Of a stretch of 32,562 nucleotides of DNA, positions 32,271 through 32,562 are shown one piece after another. Positions within the stretch are counted from its first letter, which is position 1. Each line of letters begins with the position of its first letter. Source of the stretch: Alphaproteobacteria bacterium (GTDB lineage Bacteria; Pseudomonadota; Alphaproteobacteria; Elsterales; Elsteraceae); assembly GCA_013297545.1 (NCBI GenBank), contig JAAFHH010000001.1:1-32562 (forward strand), read 5' to 3'. Below the pieces are notes generated by a model. The model was not told the DNA's origin, did no database searches, and worked only from the letters and a program-made list of their open reading frames with translations. The position numbers were made by a program, and so were the translations under genes.

Positions 32271-32562
32271 GGTCACGTCCCAGGACGTGGTGTAGGAGCA
32301 GGACGGGTGGTGTAGGTCCCGACAGGCCTGATCCTGGTGCTCATGCGGCCGCTGCGGGCAGCGCGAGGTGGAGATCATCGCTGAGCGGCGCCATGGTTTC
32401 CAGGGTCATGTAGCGGGCACGCTGGACGGCCCATTCATCGTTCTGCTCGAGCAGGATAGCGCCAACCAAGCGGCGGATCGCAGCCTCGTTCGGGAAGATG
32501 CCAACAACATCGGTGCGCCGCTTGATCTCGCCGTTGAGGCGTTCGAGCGGGTTGGTTGAGTG
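32271..32562 (-). mobile_element. IS256-family insertion sequence, copy B (right-end 292 nt; continues beyond the window)
   Basis: The reverse complement of 32271-32562 aligns with 1171-1480 of copy A, with several substitutions and the 18-nt indel. The terminal ~110 nt are near-identical. Confidence 0.85.
32341..32562 (-). CDS. IS256-family transposase, 3' end (partial at the window edge)
   Basis: The minus-strand translation ends ..[70 protein letters not shown] with stop TGA (complement of 32341-32343). Confidence 0.8.
   Translation of the reverse strand, partial: HSTNPLERLNGEIKRRTDVVGIFPNEAAIRRLVGAILLEQNDEWAVQRARYMTLETMAPLSDDLHLALPAAAA

Noticed and set aside
1-32562. Interpreting the IS256-bracketed segment as an active composite transposon.
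   Set aside because: The two copies differ by substitutions and an 18-nt indel, and copy A's transposase is a pseudogene. Each inner end abuts a different broken gene. Target duplications cannot be checked inside the window. It is kept only as a rearrangement hypothesis in the findings.

Overview
This is a 32.6-kb high-GC accessory region of proteobacterial type. Hand-counted 60-nt lines in the catabolic genes are about 65-70% G+C. Two inverted, diverged IS256-family copies bracket it (1-1480 and 32271 to the window end). Content, left to right: (i) A decayed IS256 copy A inserted into an SDR gene. (ii) A minus-strand oxidative deoxy-hexose (L-rhamnose/L-fucose type) catabolic and CUT1 ABC uptake operon: binding protein, two permeases, RhamD-like enolase-superfamily dehydratase, RhaM mutarotase, SDR, and a leaderless binding-protein-fold protein. 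It has a divergent LacI regulator, a Gfo/Idh/MocA oxidoreductase and a convergent amidohydrolase-2 lactonase. (iii) An orphan 3-oxoadipyl-CoA-type thiolase. (iv) A class II Fic protein in AT-richer flanks. (v) A 3'-truncated, decayed IS3-family element. (vi) A Udh-like dehydrogenase, ManD-type dehydratase and GntR regulator, with a divergent Dpp/Opp-type ABC importer. (vii) A lower-GC mosaic island: a WGR-domain protein translationally coupled to a catalytic-domain-only tyrosine recombinase, a secreted Sel1-repeat protein with 9 full repeats plus a partial cap, and a ~1566-aa fusion of a sacsin-like GHKL ATPase module to an SF2 DExH helicase. (viii) An IS66-family element that starts 16 nt after that gene and is itself split by IS256 copy B. 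I saw no rRNA, tRNA or CRISPR array. The best candidate for an undescribed system is the giant GHKL-helicase protein in its mobile-island context; it may be truncated on its 3' side by the IS66 insertion. A second unexplained signal: two unrelated IS transposase genes are each disrupted by a ~33-nt module of identical architecture, TGGCGAC-[20-nt self-complementary core]-GCGCCG. All domain calls come from reading motifs in the supplied translations. No database search was run.
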